Source: Thermodesulfobacteriota bacterium (GTDB lineage Bacteria > Desulfobacterota_D > UBA1144 > Nemesobacterales > JAJCZQ01). Taken from it: 64,000 nt of DNA. The position numbers and the translations under genes were made by a program. Below are positions 28,615 to 41,863 of the stretch, piece by piece. The stretch's first letter is position 1. Each line of letters begins with the position of its first letter. The notes below the pieces were generated by a model that ran no database searches, was not told the DNA's origin, and worked only from the letters and a program-made list of their open reading frames with translations. The stretch spans positions 1,824,001 through 1,888,000 of the forward strand of contig OZ244044.1 in the NCBI GenBank assembly GCA_965215275.1, given 5' to 3'.

Positions 28615-29886
28615 ATGTACCCAAATATTGAAAGGCTTAATTCAACTGGATTATTCGACATCAGGCCCGGTCTCAACAGAATTAACACGGTCCTTAATTA
28701 TCTTGGAAACCCTCATAACAATATCAGATACGTTCTTATAGCAGGCACAAATGGCAAAGGTTCCGTGGCCTCAATATTATCTAATATACTGATCCATAAC
28801 GGACATAAAACGGGTTTATATACCTCACCTCACTTAACCTCCGTCACCGAAAGAATAAAAATCAACAGTAAGAACATTGATAAAAAGGAGCTGAACAAAG
28901 TACTGGGAAACGTTTTTGAAGCATGTACTGAAACTGATGTAAAACTCAGCTATTTTGAACTGGTCACCGCTGCTGCTTTTTTATACTTTGAGAAGCAGAA
29001 AATCGATACAGGCGTTTTAGAGGTCGGAATGGGTGGCAGGTGGGACGCAACAAACGTCATCATCCCACTTGTATCAATAATTACCAGTATATCAATCGAC
29101 CATACAGACCATCTTGGGTCCACTACTGAACTTATTGCAGGAGAGAAAGCTGAAATTATAAAAAAAACCGTACCCGTGGTATCGGGTGTCATGGGAAAAG
29201 CCCATAGGATAATAATTGATAAAGCAAAAAAGACCAGTTCCGACGTGTTCGTAATACAAAAGGACTTTAACTATGAAAAAGCTGAGGACGGAAAGTTCAG
29301 TTACAGTGGAATTTTCAACAGTATAAACAATTTGACTTCCAGTCTTGCAGGAGAGCATCAGATGACCAACTCAGCCATTGCACTGGCGGCAGCGGAACTG
29401 CTTGACTCAAGATATAAAATAAAGATAGATCTTGAAAGTGTCAGAAAGCCCTTGAGTTCGGTACAGCTGCAGGGCAGATTTGAAATAATAAGTACCCAGC
29501 CTGCCGTAATACTGGACTCCGCTCACAACGTTGGTTCTGCAAATGCACTGATCAATACACTTGATGAGTTCCTGCCGAGCGAAAAATGGGTCTTTCTTCT
29601 CGGGATGTCAAAAGACAAGGATCATAACGGGTTCACCTCGACGATCTCACGCAAGGCCGCCAAAGTGGTTGTAACTACCATCCCGGGAGAAAAAGGTACA
29701 GACGCCCGGACGCTTTTCAAAACGTCAAGGACCCATGTTGAAGATACAGAGATAGTCAGTGACTATAAAAAAGCATTTATATATGTTAAAGGTTTAAACA
29801 TGCCGGTATGTATTACCGGGTCCATTTATCTTATAGGACTTATCAAACGGTTCCTGAAAAGTAAAACCTGCAACGTTCAGGAATAA
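28615..29886 (+). CDS. folC: Folylpolyglutamate synthase / dihydrofolate synthase
   Basis: AGTNGKGS, YTSPHL, EVGMGGRWDATN, LDSAHN. Confidence 0.96.
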   Translation: MYPNIERLNSTGLFDIRPGLNRINTVLNYLGNPHNNIRYVLIAGTNGKGSVASILSNILIHNGHKTGLYTSPHLTSVTERIKINSKNIDKKELNKVLGNVFEACTETDVKLSYFELVTAAAFLYFEKQKIDTGVLEVGMGGRWDATNVIIPLVSIITSISIDHTDHLGSTTELIAGEKAEIIKKTVPVVSGVMGKAHRIIIDKAKKTSSDVFVIQKDFNYEKAEDGKFSYSGIFNSINNLTSSLAGEHQMTNSAIALAAAELLDSRYKIKIDLESVRKPLSSVQLQGRFEIISTQPAVILDSAHNVGSANALINTLDEFLPSEKWVFLLGMSKDKDHNGFTSTISRKAAKVVVTTIPGEKGTDARTLFKTSRTHVEDTEIVSDYKKAFIYVKGLNMPVCITGSIYLIGLIKRFLKSKTCNVQE

Positions 29887-29910
29887 GCTGATCGCACAAG
29901 ACAGAAAATA

Positions 29911-30951
29911 ATGAAGATGAAACGAGTGGGGATCGTAAAAGATGAGCTGTTCTTAAGGCACGTAAACGGCTTTCAGCATCCTGAATGCCCCGAGCGGCTT
30001 GAGTCTATCTACAATATGCTGAAAGAAACGGACATCATATCAAAGCTAAAGATCATGGACCCGGCTGACGCGGCCGATGAGCAGATACTGAAGGTCCACT
30101 CCGAACCTTATTACGAAACGGTAAAAAAGACAAAAGGAACCAGGACGTACAGGTTCGATCAGGATACTTCGTCCAATCCCTACACGTACGAGGCCGCGTT
30201 AAGGGGCTCCGGAGGCTTTATATCGGGATTAAATAAGGTATTAGATAACGAGCTGGACATTGTCTTTGCCCTGCTTCGTCCACCGGGACATCACGCCGAG
30301 TCGGACAAGGCCATGGGTTTCTGCTTCTTTAATCACGTGGCGATCGCAGCAGCACATCTGCTTTCACGAGGAGTAAAAAAGGTCCTGATATTTGACTGGG
30401 ACGTACATCACGGGAACGGCACGCAGCATATATTCTATAAAGATCCCAACGTCCTGTTCGCGTCCATACATCAGTTCCCGTTTTACCCCGGCACGGGGAG
30501 TTTAAACGAGACCGGCAGCGAATACGGCCTGGGATTTACGGTGAATATTCCCGTGCCTCCGATGCTGAACGACAACGATTACAACCACCTGCTTGACGTT
30601 ATAATGTCTCCTGTAATTGAACAGTTCAAACCTGACTTTATTCTTGTCTCTGCCGGGTTTGACGCTTATTACGTTGATCCGCTGGGTGGAATGCATATAA
30701 CCGAAAAAGGTTTTGCACAGCTTACAAGATTTGTGATAAACGCCGCTGAAAAGCATTCAAAAGGAAGACTTGGACTGGTGCTTGAAGGAGGTTATAACGT
30801 TCAGGGACTTGCAGATATAAGCAGGCTTGTTTTTGAAGAACTTCTTGATATGAACAAAACCGAGATCGTTATTCCCGATACTTCACCAAATACCGAGTTC
30901 GTAATCGAAGGAGTTTTAAGCAGCTACTCCTCGTACTGGAAGTTCAAATAA
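29911..30951 (+). CDS. Histone deacetylase family (Zn-dependent amidohydrolase)
   Basis: HPECPERL, RPPGHHA, DWDVHHGNGTQ, SAGFD, LEGGY. Confidence 0.95.
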   Translation: MKMKRVGIVKDELFLRHVNGFQHPECPERLESIYNMLKETDIISKLKIMDPADAADEQILKVHSEPYYETVKKTKGTRTYRFDQDTSSNPYTYEAALRGSGGFISGLNKVLDNELDIVFALLRPPGHHAESDKAMGFCFFNHVAIAAAHLLSRGVKKVLIFDWDVHHGNGTQHIFYKDPNVLFASIHQFPFYPGTGSLNETGSEYGLGFTVNIPVPPMLNDNDYNHLLDVIMSPVIEQFKPDFILVSAGFDAYYVDPLGGMHITEKGFAQLTRFVINAAEKHSKGRLGLVLEGGYNVQGLADISRLVFEELLDMNKTEIVIPDTSPNTEFVIEGVLSSYSSYWKFK

Positions 30952-31012
30952 AAAAAACAGACCTCGACTGCGAACGGCGATCAAGGGACCGCCCTATATC
31001 CTTACCCGCTGA

Positions 31013-31828
31013 TCAGCTAAACGACCTTCGATAATCCGTCCCGTCAATATACATAAAGTCACACATCTCATGAAGTCTGGATAATATGCGCTTTCCTATT
31101 CTTTCCTCCAAGAGCTCGGAGTTTGAAGGATCGTTCCCTGCGTGCTCCCTTGACAGAAAATTGGTCGTGATCAAGGTTTTCTTGGACGTGTTGTACCTAT
31201 CAGAGATCAACTGATCTAAAATGCCCTGCTCCCACTCAGTATTCTTGCCCTTACCCATTTCATCTATTACAAGCACCTCCACCTTCAGCAGGGGCTGAAG
31301 TATGTCTGTTTCATATAAGCCTTGTGAATAAGCCTGCTTGAGTTCGGATAAAAGCAGAAAAAAATCCTTAAATAAACAATCGATCCCTTTCTCTATCGTA
31401 AGTTCTGATATGGTGCCGATCACAAGGTGCGTTTTACCTACTCCCGGAGGTCCCATTAAAACGTAACCTTTTTTATTCTCTGAATACTGGTTTATAAATT
31501 TGTCCTTTATGTGCTTCAAGGCGTTCTGCTGACTTGTGGACTCGGGTTTATAGGTGTCTACCATCAATACTGATGAGAATTTCACGGGTATTTCCGCACG
31601 ATTGTACTTCTTTATATTGCTTCTCAAATAGCCACAGGCCGGACAGGGAAGATACACTTCATAGTTATTTTTATTTTTATCGATTACAGACCCTATACCA
31701 TTACATAACTGACACTCGTCCACACACCTGCATGCTTTAAGGTGAGAGAATTTCTTATGTTTACGAGCAACGTAACCCTGATGACGACAGTCAAGACAGC
31801 CTATTTGTTTTTTGCGCTCGATGATCAC
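31013..31828 (-). CDS. DnaC/IstB-like AAA+ ATPase with Cys-rich N-terminus
   Basis: GPPGVGKTHL, VLVIDEMG, ITTN, RILSRL. Confidence 0.85.
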   Translation of the reverse strand: MIIERKKQIGCLDCRHQGYVARKHKKFSHLKACRCVDECQLCNGIGSVIDKNKNNYEVYLPCPACGYLRSNIKKYNRAEIPVKFSSVLMVDTYKPESTSQQNALKHIKDKFINQYSENKKGYVLMGPPGVGKTHLVIGTISELTIEKGIDCLFKDFFLLLSELKQAYSQGLYETDILQPLLKVEVLVIDEMGKGKNTEWEQGILDQLISDRYNTSKKTLITTNFLSREHAGNDPSNSELLEERIGKRILSRLHEMCDFMYIDGTDYRRSFS

Positions 31829-32457
31829 CGTTTATCAACTTCAAATGGATTAAAAGATATGTACTTTTCTATTATGAGGTTTTTCAAATAAGTATGCAAT
31901 AATTTTTCTTTCGACCGCTCATTGACGTAATCATCACGACTGGCTAAAAACCTTTCCACATCATCTTCGAAAGTCTCACTGTGCACTTCATACAGACACC
32001 TGTATATCCTGTCAAAATACTCCGCCTCCATTTCATTGACCTTTTCAAACACGTTCTTTTCAGAGACGTCCAGCCCTAAAAGCCCTGCCTTGAACTCACT
32101 GTGCAGCTTACGAAGATCAGAGGATCTTTCTGCTTTTATCAATCTGTTGAAGTTATCTGACAGGTCTTTTATATAAAGCCTGACTTCCAGGGAACCAGCC
32201 GCGACGGACCTGCGTTCGTTCAGTTCCGACCCGCTGCTTTCAACCTGCTCCTTACAGTCGCAGATACTTCTGATGTTCTTTCCTGTTTTCTGCTCAAAAG
32301 CATCCGTTATACCCTTGATGACCCGCTCTTTTGATAATCCCATATCCTGCCACTTACTGATGAGGTAATAATCACTGGAAGAGACCATAACCCCTTTTCC
32401 GCAGAGCGTTAAAAAGTAGTTCTCAATATCTTTGACAAACGTATCGGACTGGCTCAT
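31825..32457 (-). CDS. Hypothetical protein, translationally coupled to the DnaC-like ATPase
   Basis: ~210-aa ORF whose stop overlaps the next start (ATGA). Confidence 0.65.
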   Translation of the reverse strand: MSQSDTFVKDIENYFLTLCGKGVMVSSSDYYLISKWQDMGLSKERVIKGITDAFEQKTGKNIRSICDCKEQVESSGSELNERRSVAAGSLEVRLYIKDLSDNFNRLIKAERSSDLRKLHSEFKAGLLGLDVSEKNVFEKVNEMEAEYFDRIYRCLYEVHSETFEDDVERFLASRDDYVNERSKEKLLHTYLKNLIIEKYISFNPFEVDKR

Positions 32458-32495
32458 TCGTACACCGACAGATACAACCCCGCGACCCGGGATCA

Positions 32496-33167
32496 TCAGT
32501 TTATTAATCTTTTCATCTCCGCGATCGTTTCGGAGTAGCTTTGCGTGGAGAATATACCCGACCCTGAAACTATGACCTCCGCCCCGGCATCGGCAACCTT
32601 TCTGACATTGTCCAGTTTAATACCGCCATCCACCTCAATTACAGGTTTTTCAGTTGAATCCATACCGTCAATGATCTCTCTTAATCTTGCTATCTTACCG
32701 GTCGTGGACTCTATGAACTTCTGCCCTGCAAATCCCGGCTCAACGGACATTATCAAGATCAGGTCCACTATCGGCAGGACCTGGTCCAGAACGCTCAGCG
32801 AAGTGGCAGGATTGACAGCTACACCTGCCATGACACCACAGGATCTGATCTTCGAGACCGTACTGTACAAAAGGTCGCTGGCTTCGGCCTGTACAGTAAG
32901 TATCCTGCAGTGAGGAGCGGCAGCTTCTATAAACAACTCCGCAAGCTGATCCGGATTGTCTATCATCAGATGAATGTCCATAGGAGGTGGAGCAATCCGT
33001 GCGAGCGACCTGACCGTGGGAACTCCCATACTTATATTGGGTACAAAATGCCCGTCCATTACGTCAACGTGTATTAAGTCCGCACCGGCTTTTTTCACGG
33101 CACTTACTTCTTCCGCAAGTCTGGAGATGTCTGCTGCCAAAATCGAAGGTGCGATCAGTTTCTTCAT
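32496..33167 (-). CDS. rpe: Ribulose-phosphate 3-epimerase
   Basis: IAPSILAAD, HVDVMDGHFVPN, MSVEPGFAGQ, EVDGG. Confidence 0.97.
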   Translation of the reverse strand: MKKLIAPSILAADISRLAEEVSAVKKAGADLIHVDVMDGHFVPNISMGVPTVRSLARIAPPPMDIHLMIDNPDQLAELFIEAAAPHCRILTVQAEASDLLYSTVSKIRSCGVMAGVAVNPATSLSVLDQVLPIVDLILIMSVEPGFAGQKFIESTTGKIARLREIIDGMDSTEKPVIEVDGGIKLDNVRKVADAGAEVIVSGSGIFSTQSYSETIAEMKRLIN

Positions 33168-33336
33168 TATAAGGGTCCACTTGATTAACTTTCAGGGACT
33201 TAAGATAATACACGAGAAAAAGAAAAAATCTTGTTTTATGAGAATTAATCATATATATATTTCAGGTTTTAATATAACACTCCTGAATTACATATTTTTT
33301 TAAATTCAGCTAAAATTCAAATCGAAAGGAAATCAT

Positions 33337-35774
<2,438 letters not shown>

Positions 35775-35780
35775 AGATCT

Positions 35781-36683
35781 ATGGCGGACAACACCTATGA
35801 GAATATGTTGGAGGCTTATCTGACGTATCTTATAGTTATAAGGGGTTTATCTAAAAATACCGTAAACTCTTATAAAACGGACGTTAAAAAGTTATTTGAA
35901 TTCCTGAAAGCAGCCAACATCAACTCAATGTATGATATACAGCCCGATCATCTGGCTAGATTTATAGCCGATTTGAACGTTAAGGGATTAGGTATCAGGT
36001 CGATAAACAGGTGTACAGTTTCCGTAAAGCAGTTCTTCAGATACTTAATGCTTGAAAATGTCCTTGAAAGTGACCCTGCGAGAAATTTAACAACTCCCAG
36101 AATGAAAAGAGCTCTGCCGGAAGTGCTGTCGGTGGAAGATATTAAAAAGATCCTTGACTCTCCCGACCGGTCAACGTTCGAAGGATTAAGGGACTCCGCG
36201 ATGCTTGAAGTATTGTACGCCTCCGGGATCAGGGTATCTGAACTGGTTAATTTAACCCTTACCAGCTTAAATCAGGACCATGGATACCTTGCAGTGTTCG
36301 GCAAGGGAAACAAGGAGAGGCTGACGCCAATTGGACAACACGCTTTAAAAAAGGTCAGGGATTACTTATCCTTATCCAGACCGCATTTAATAAAGGACAG
36401 GATATCAGACTACGTCTTTATAACAAGACATGGTTCGAAGTTTACAAGACAGGGATTCTGGAAAATAGTAAAAGGCCATGCAGCAAAAGCAGGAATACAG
36501 CAGAATATCAGCCCTCACACCATCAGGCACTCATTTGCTACCCATCTTCTCGAAAATGGTGCCGACCTGAGGTCGATCCAGATGCTGCTCGGACATTCAG
36601 ATATTTCGACAACACAGATATACACTCACGTTGAGAGTAAAAGATTAAAAGAAATTCACAGAAAGTTTCATCCGAGGTCATAA
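35781..36683 (+). CDS. xerD: Tyrosine recombinase XerD
   Basis: YASGIRVSEL, GKGNKERL, TRQGFW, SPHTIRHSFATHLL, LLGHSDISTTQIY. Confidence 0.93.
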   Translation: MADNTYENMLEAYLTYLIVIRGLSKNTVNSYKTDVKKLFEFLKAANINSMYDIQPDHLARFIADLNVKGLGIRSINRCTVSVKQFFRYLMLENVLESDPARNLTTPRMKRALPEVLSVEDIKKILDSPDRSTFEGLRDSAMLEVLYASGIRVSELVNLTLTSLNQDHGYLAVFGKGNKERLTPIGQHALKKVRDYLSLSRPHLIKDRISDYVFITRHGSKFTRQGFWKIVKGHAAKAGIQQNISPHTIRHSFATHLLENGADLRSIQMLLGHSDISTTQIYTHVESKRLKEIHRKFHPRS

Positions 36684-36684
36684 G

Positions 36685-37359
36685 ATGCCCGATCTGAACT
36701 ACAGATTTCTTCTCGTTATTGTACCCGTAATACTTTTTTCTCTGACCATACATGAGTATGCCCATGCATACGTCGCCCATAAGCTCGGTGACGACACGGC
36801 AAAAAGACTTGGCAGGCTCACGCTCAACCCGTTAAAGCATCTGGACGTTATAGGGACCATACTTCTGCTGTTGGTGCATTTTGGATGGGCAAAACCCGTG
36901 CCGGTCGACCCGTCGAACTTTAAAGATCCAAAAAAAGACATGCTTTACGTGGCAATTGCCGGTCCGGTCTCAAATCTCATCACTGCCGTCGTCGCTGCGG
37001 CGTTTTTAAAGCTTATCGTGTTCAATACCTCAATGGGAAGTATCTTCCCGGTCACCGAACCGGTTACTCATATACTTGTATGGTTGATATTCATCAGCGT
37101 GGTACTTGCGGTGTTCAATATGCTGCCCTTCCCTCCACTTGATGGGTCCAGGGTACTTTACGGACTGCTCCCCGATGAAATGAGCCGCCATATAATGAAG
37201 GTCGAAACGTACGGGATATTTATACTGTTTGCAATCATACTGTTCGGAGGGAAATTTTTCTCCTTCATTATCACTTATCCATTCCTTATATTTATAAAAC
37301 TCTGTGAATTCACCAACTATGAGAACTACATAATATTTAACGTGATCTTTAACAGATAA
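36685..37359 (+). CDS. Site-2 protease (peptidase M50)
   Basis: HEYAH, AGPVSN, NMLPFPPLDG. Confidence 0.93.
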   Translation: MPDLNYRFLLVIVPVILFSLTIHEYAHAYVAHKLGDDTAKRLGRLTLNPLKHLDVIGTILLLLVHFGWAKPVPVDPSNFKDPKKDMLYVAIAGPVSNLITAVVAAAFLKLIVFNTSMGSIFPVTEPVTHILVWLIFISVVLAVFNMLPFPPLDGSRVLYGLLPDEMSRHIMKVETYGIFILFAIILFGGKFFSFIITYPFLIFIKLCEFTNYENYIIFNVIFNR

Positions 37360-37372
37360 TCACCCTGCTGAC

Positions 37373-38125
37373 ATGGAACAATTACAACTTCCATACCTTG
37401 TTAAACTTCAGATATATGAAGGCCCTCTTGACCTTCTTATTCAGCTTATAAGGAAAAATGAAGTTGACATTTATGACATTCCAATTGCAAAGATCACGGA
37501 ACAGTACCTTGAGTATCTGGAAATACTGAAAAAATATGATCTGGCAACCGTTGGAGACTATCTGGCACTTGCAGCACAGCTAAGCCTGATAAAATCCCGT
37601 ATGATGCTTCCCAGCCCTCCATCCGAAGAGGATGAAGAAGATCTACGAGATGAACTCGTAAGGCGATTGCTGGAATATGAAAGATACAAGGAAGCAGCGG
37701 AAGAGTTAAATAAAAACGATATTTTAGGTAAGGACGTATTTACAAGAGGATCAAATTACTATGACGAATTCGGACAGCCTACGGAAGAGACCGAAATAGT
37801 AAAAACGGATATATGGTCCCTGGTAGAAGCGTTCATAGAAATAAGAAGAAGAAAAGATTTCAGCCATACAGAGGATATAGTTTATAAGATCGAGGATTAC
37901 CCAATTGAGAAAAAAACAGATGAATTGCTAATATTTATAAAGTTCAGAGGTAAGACCAGATTTAAGGACCTGTTTGTGAAACTTACCTCCAAGATGGAAT
38001 TCATAGTAACCTTCCTGGCCGTCTTGCAGATGGTCAAGAACGATATACTGAACATGGTTCAGGAAGACCACAACGGCGAAATATCGCTGATATGTTCACA
38101 GGATGACAACGTTGCAGAACGATGA
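37373..38125 (+). CDS. scpA: Segregation and condensation protein A
   Basis: YEGPLDLL, DIYDIPI, TFLAVL. Confidence 0.95.
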   Translation: MEQLQLPYLVKLQIYEGPLDLLIQLIRKNEVDIYDIPIAKITEQYLEYLEILKKYDLATVGDYLALAAQLSLIKSRMMLPSPPSEEDEEDLRDELVRRLLEYERYKEAAEELNKNDILGKDVFTRGSNYYDEFGQPTEETEIVKTDIWSLVEAFIEIRRRKDFSHTEDIVYKIEDYPIEKKTDELLIFIKFRGKTRFKDLFVKLTSKMEFIVTFLAVLQMVKNDILNMVQEDHNGEISLICSQDDNVAER

Positions 38126-38660
38126 GATAAAACGGGTCATAGAGGCGATCATATTCGTTTCACCCGCCCCAGTTACCTTAAAGGAGTTAAAGCACTACTT
38201 TAAGAACTGTGAAACAAAGAACCTGAAGAAACTGCTTGAGGAACTCGTCCTGGAGTTTAACGACTTAGACAGGGGTTTTGAACTGGTGGAGATATCAAAC
38301 GGATACCAGTTCAGATCAAAGCCCGAGTTCGCGGAAGAAATAATAGCTTTTAACAAGGAAATCAAAAAGTTCCGCATCAGTAAAGCATCACTTGAAGTAC
38401 TGTCGATCGTTGCCTACAGACAGCCGGTCACCAGAGTGGAGATAGAACAGATAAGAGGCGTGGACTGCTCCGGCGTGATAAACGCCCTTCTTAATAAAAA
38501 ACTTATGGACATAAGGGGAAGAAAGGACGTTCCTGGCAAACCGTTCATCTATGGAACGACCGATGAGTTCCTGGCAACTTTCAATCTTGAAAGTTTAAAT
38601 GATCTTCCCACTTTGAAGGAAATCGAGAAGATCGAAACCAGTTTAGAATCGCAGATATAG
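38103..38660 (+). CDS. scpB: Segregation and condensation protein B
   Basis: IEAIIF, AYRQPVTR, IRGV, YGTTDEFL. Confidence 0.95.
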   Translation: MTTLQNDEIKRVIEAIIFVSPAPVTLKELKHYFKNCETKNLKKLLEELVLEFNDLDRGFELVEISNGYQFRSKPEFAEEIIAFNKEIKKFRISKASLEVLSIVAYRQPVTRVEIEQIRGVDCSGVINALLNKKLMDIRGRKDVPGKPFIYGTTDEFLATFNLESLNDLPTLKEIEKIETSLESQI

Positions 38661-39074
38661 ATCGCACGGTCCATCAAGCAGTTCCTTTTCCTTCTCTCTC
38701 ATTATTCTCCTTTCATTGTGCTTCTTATGATCATAGCCCAGCAGGTGAAGCATCCCGTGGATCAATAATCTTTCAACTTCCTTCTCCACCGTGGTCTTAT
38801 AGATAACGGCGTGCCTCTTTGCCGTCTCAAGGGAAATAACTATATCTCCGAGCAGGTCTCCATCCTGACGGAAAGACAGAACATCGGTAGTTCTGTCAGT
38901 ACCTTTATATTTCTTATTCAGTTCTCTCATAGCCTTATCACTTATAAAAGACACGCATACTTCGGTCTTGTTGGACAATTTCAGGTACTTAAATACTTTC
39001 TCTATGCCTCTTTTTAAATTGAAAATATTCTTTCTACCAATTACATTGTCGTGGTCAACTATATCTATCTGCAT
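38643..39074 (-). CDS. ybeY: rRNA maturation RNase YbeY
   Basis: TDVLSF, LGDIVIS, HGMLHLLGYDH. Confidence 0.96.
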   Translation of the reverse strand: MQIDIVDHDNVIGRKNIFNLKRGIEKVFKYLKLSNKTEVCVSFISDKAMRELNKKYKGTDRTTDVLSFRQDGDLLGDIVISLETAKRHAVIYKTTVEKEVERLLIHGMLHLLGYDHKKHNERRIMREKEKELLDGPCDLYLRF

Positions 39075-39130
39075 ACTGAATTATCTTATCAGATTAAGCA
39101 TATTTATCACGATATGAAGGTTGTACGACT

Positions 39131-40510
39131 ATGAACCATAAAAAACACCGTAAACCACTGGTCGCTATAGTAGGCAGTCCCAACGTCGGTAAATCGACCC
39201 TGTTCAACCGGCTTATTGAGCAGCGAAAAGCAATAGTTGAAGATATACCCGGCGTTACAAGGGACAGAATATACGGCGAGGTCAACTGGAAAGGCAGATA
39301 CTTCTCCGTCGTTGACACGGGTGGCCTGGTGATCAGTCCAGACGATAACAACGAAAAGCTCATAAAGGAGCAGGTTCAGATCGCCATCGATAGTGCGGAC
39401 TTAATACTGTTCGTAATGGACGGTAAAAGCGGACTGATGCCTGAAGACGTTGAAATACTCAACTGCCTGAGAAAATCAAAAACCAATATCATCAACGTTG
39501 TAAATAAAACAGACCACAGTAAACAGGAACTTAAGGCTTATGAATTCTACAGGCTCGGAATGGAGGACTTTATCCCGATCTCGGCACTTCATAACAGGAA
39601 CATCTACGAACTGACAGAAAAGATCGTGGAAAATATTCCAGAAAGCAGATCAGAACGGGTTGAAGAAGAAGACGAAAGCATTATAAATATATCAGTTATA
39701 GGTAAGCCAAACGTAGGAAAATCCACTCTGGTAAACTCGATCATAGGAGAAGAACGCTTTATAACAAGCCCCGTTCCGGGAACCACTCGAGACTCCGTTG
39801 ACACGTCTTTCGTGTTTAACGGAAAGAACTATCTGATAGTAGACACGGCAGGTATAAGAAGAAAATCAAAAATATCGGAACTGCTGGAAAAACACAGCGT
39901 GTTCAGAGCGGTAAGAGCGATCTCAAGATCGGATATCGTTCTGTTCCTCGTGGATGCGGCAGACGGTCCTACCCATCATGATTCACGACTGGGAAACCTG
40001 ATAGAAGGAAGAGGAGCTGCATCTGTCATCTTATTGAATAAATGGGACTTGGCACCCGAGGAAGCAAAGAAGGTAAAAGATATAGATACAATTACAAAAG
40101 AGAGACTTATATCACTGGGTCATTCTCCCGTGTTAAAGTTATCGGCCCTGACAGGCAAAGGGATCCCCAGACTGTTTAAAATTATCAATAAGGTCTATGA
40201 AAACTACGATAGAAAGATCAAGACCAGTGAACTGAACAGGTTCCTTGATGGAATTAAAAATAAATATCCACCCAAGATATACAAGGGCAGTCAACTCAAG
40301 CTCTATTACATGTCTCAGCTTCAGTCCAGACCTCCCACGTTCGTTCTGTTTACGAACGCCCGTAAGGAAATACCGGACAACTACAGGAAATTCATAGAAA
40401 ACCAGCTAAGGATCAGCTTTGATTTTGAAGGTTCTCCTGTAAGATTGATCGTAAGGACCCGGCAGGATGAGAAAAAAGAAGGCGAGAGGAAAAAACTCAC
40501 TCGACGCTGA
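39131..40510 (+). CDS. der: Ribosome biogenesis GTPase Der (EngA)
   Basis: Two GTPase domains (GSPNVGKS and GKPNVGKS; DTGG and DTAG) plus a KH-like tail. Confidence 0.97.
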   Translation: MNHKKHRKPLVAIVGSPNVGKSTLFNRLIEQRKAIVEDIPGVTRDRIYGEVNWKGRYFSVVDTGGLVISPDDNNEKLIKEQVQIAIDSADLILFVMDGKSGLMPEDVEILNCLRKSKTNIINVVNKTDHSKQELKAYEFYRLGMEDFIPISALHNRNIYELTEKIVENIPESRSERVEEEDESIINISVIGKPNVGKSTLVNSIIGEERFITSPVPGTTRDSVDTSFVFNGKNYLIVDTAGIRRKSKISELLEKHSVFRAVRAISRSDIVLFLVDAADGPTHHDSRLGNLIEGRGAASVILLNKWDLAPEEAKKVKDIDTITKERLISLGHSPVLKLSALTGKGIPRLFKIINKVYENYDRKIKTSELNRFLDGIKNKYPPKIYKGSQLKLYYMSQLQSRPPTFVLFTNARKEIPDNYRKFIENQLRISFDFEGSPVRLIVRTRQDEKKEGERKKLTRR

Positions 40511-41732
40511 GTATAATGTTCTCAATATCCTTAGTCCTGTCAGATGCACTGCACATCCTTGCAACTCTTTTCAGCGAATCCTCTCCCATCTTGAGCCTCA
40601 GCTGCTCGTCATCTACAAGAGTGGCAATGTTCTTTGCCATATCATTTATGTCACCTCTGCCGCTGAGATAACCGGTAACGCCTTTTTTCACGGCTTCGGC
40701 GATCCCGCCGATCTCAAAACCCACCACTGGAAGTCCGCAGCTCATTGCCTCGATTACCGATCTTGGGAACGGATCAGGGTAGCCGGATGGTATAACAAAC
40801 AGATCAAAATCATTTAAGTACGGTCTTACGTCATCTTTGTATCCGGTAAATATAAACCGGTCGTCCAGTCCGTTCTCTTCTACTTTCCTTTTCAGATATT
40901 TCAAATGGTCGTACTGAAAAAAATGAGGAGTGTCCCCAACTACCACAAATCTATAATCAGTATTTTTAACCCTGTCTTTAACCTGACGTGCGGCTCTGAT
41001 AAGATTTTCGTAGCCCTTTCTAGGGACCAGCCTGCCCGTGCTTCCAATAACGACCGTTGCAGGACCTATACCGAGTTCTCTTCTTGTCTGCCCACCTTTT
41101 TTAACCGTGCTGTAATCATCTGTATTTATGCCGTTGTACACTACGTGAGTTTTCTCTTTAACTTTATCAAACTGTGCCGCGGTCGCATTTGAAACGCAGA
41201 TTATCTTCTTTACCGTGTCAAACCTTGAAAGAGTGCCGATTATTGTCTTGAGTATAAACGTCTGCTGAATGTTCCTGACGTGCCATACAACCGGCACGTT
41301 GTTATACTTGCCGATAAAAACGCCCACTATCTTGGCAACAGTACCGTTGCAATAAACAACGTCAATCTGATTTGGTCCGACGTGCCTCGAGGACGTAAGA
41401 ACAAGCAGGACAAGTTCAAGGATATTTACTACCGCACAGATAAATTTTTTTATTTTCGTTATAAGGTCAAGGCTGTCACTTCTGCCCGTAAAAGCGTTCA
41501 GACCCAGCCTCGGACGGAATATATTTTCCGGGAACCTGCTCTCTATAATAACGTTCTGATATTTACCTTCCCGTTTCAGGTCTTCGGAAAAAATATCATC
41601 CTTGGGTATCAGAACGAAAGGATTTATCTTTTCCCTGCTTAAATATTTAAGAATATAAAAAAGACTTCTGCCAGGACCCCCGTCCCTTACGGAATGGTTG
41701 ATAAACAGTACGTTCAAAGGTCGGTTTTTCAT
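40497..41732 (-). CDS. Glycosyltransferase family 4
   Basis: GRLVPRKG, DPFPRSVIEAMSCGLPVV. Confidence 0.9.
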   Translation of the reverse strand: MKNRPLNVLFINHSVRDGGPGRSLFYILKYLSREKINPFVLIPKDDIFSEDLKREGKYQNVIIESRFPENIFRPRLGLNAFTGRSDSLDLITKIKKFICAVVNILELVLLVLTSSRHVGPNQIDVVYCNGTVAKIVGVFIGKYNNVPVVWHVRNIQQTFILKTIIGTLSRFDTVKKIICVSNATAAQFDKVKEKTHVVYNGINTDDYSTVKKGGQTRRELGIGPATVVIGSTGRLVPRKGYENLIRAARQVKDRVKNTDYRFVVVGDTPHFFQYDHLKYLKRKVEENGLDDRFIFTGYKDDVRPYLNDFDLFVIPSGYPDPFPRSVIEAMSCGLPVVGFEIGGIAEAVKKGVTGYLSGRGDINDMAKNIATLVDDEQLRLKMGEDSLKRVARMCSASDRTKDIENIILSVE

Positions 41733-41863
41733 AGATTTACGGGACAAGCAACAGCTATCTAAACCAGATATCAAGAGCGTGGAGTGTCAGTTTTACCGTA
41801 CGCTGACAAGATATGGTATAATATAAAGGTACTTTATACAAACCAGCGGGAATTCAATACCTT

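Noticed and set aside
31013..31828. IS21 element (IstB) or prophage replication module
   Set aside because: No IstA, terminal repeats or phage genes nearby; it is in an operon with rpe, consistent with a host DnaC-like loader.
33168..33336. SAM riboswitch upstream of metK
   Set aside because: AT-rich divergent promoter region with no SAM-I/II core motifs.
35781..36683. Phage or island integrase
   Set aside because: XerD signature motifs and the housekeeping xerD-M50-scpAB context; no att repeat at the nearby tRNAs.
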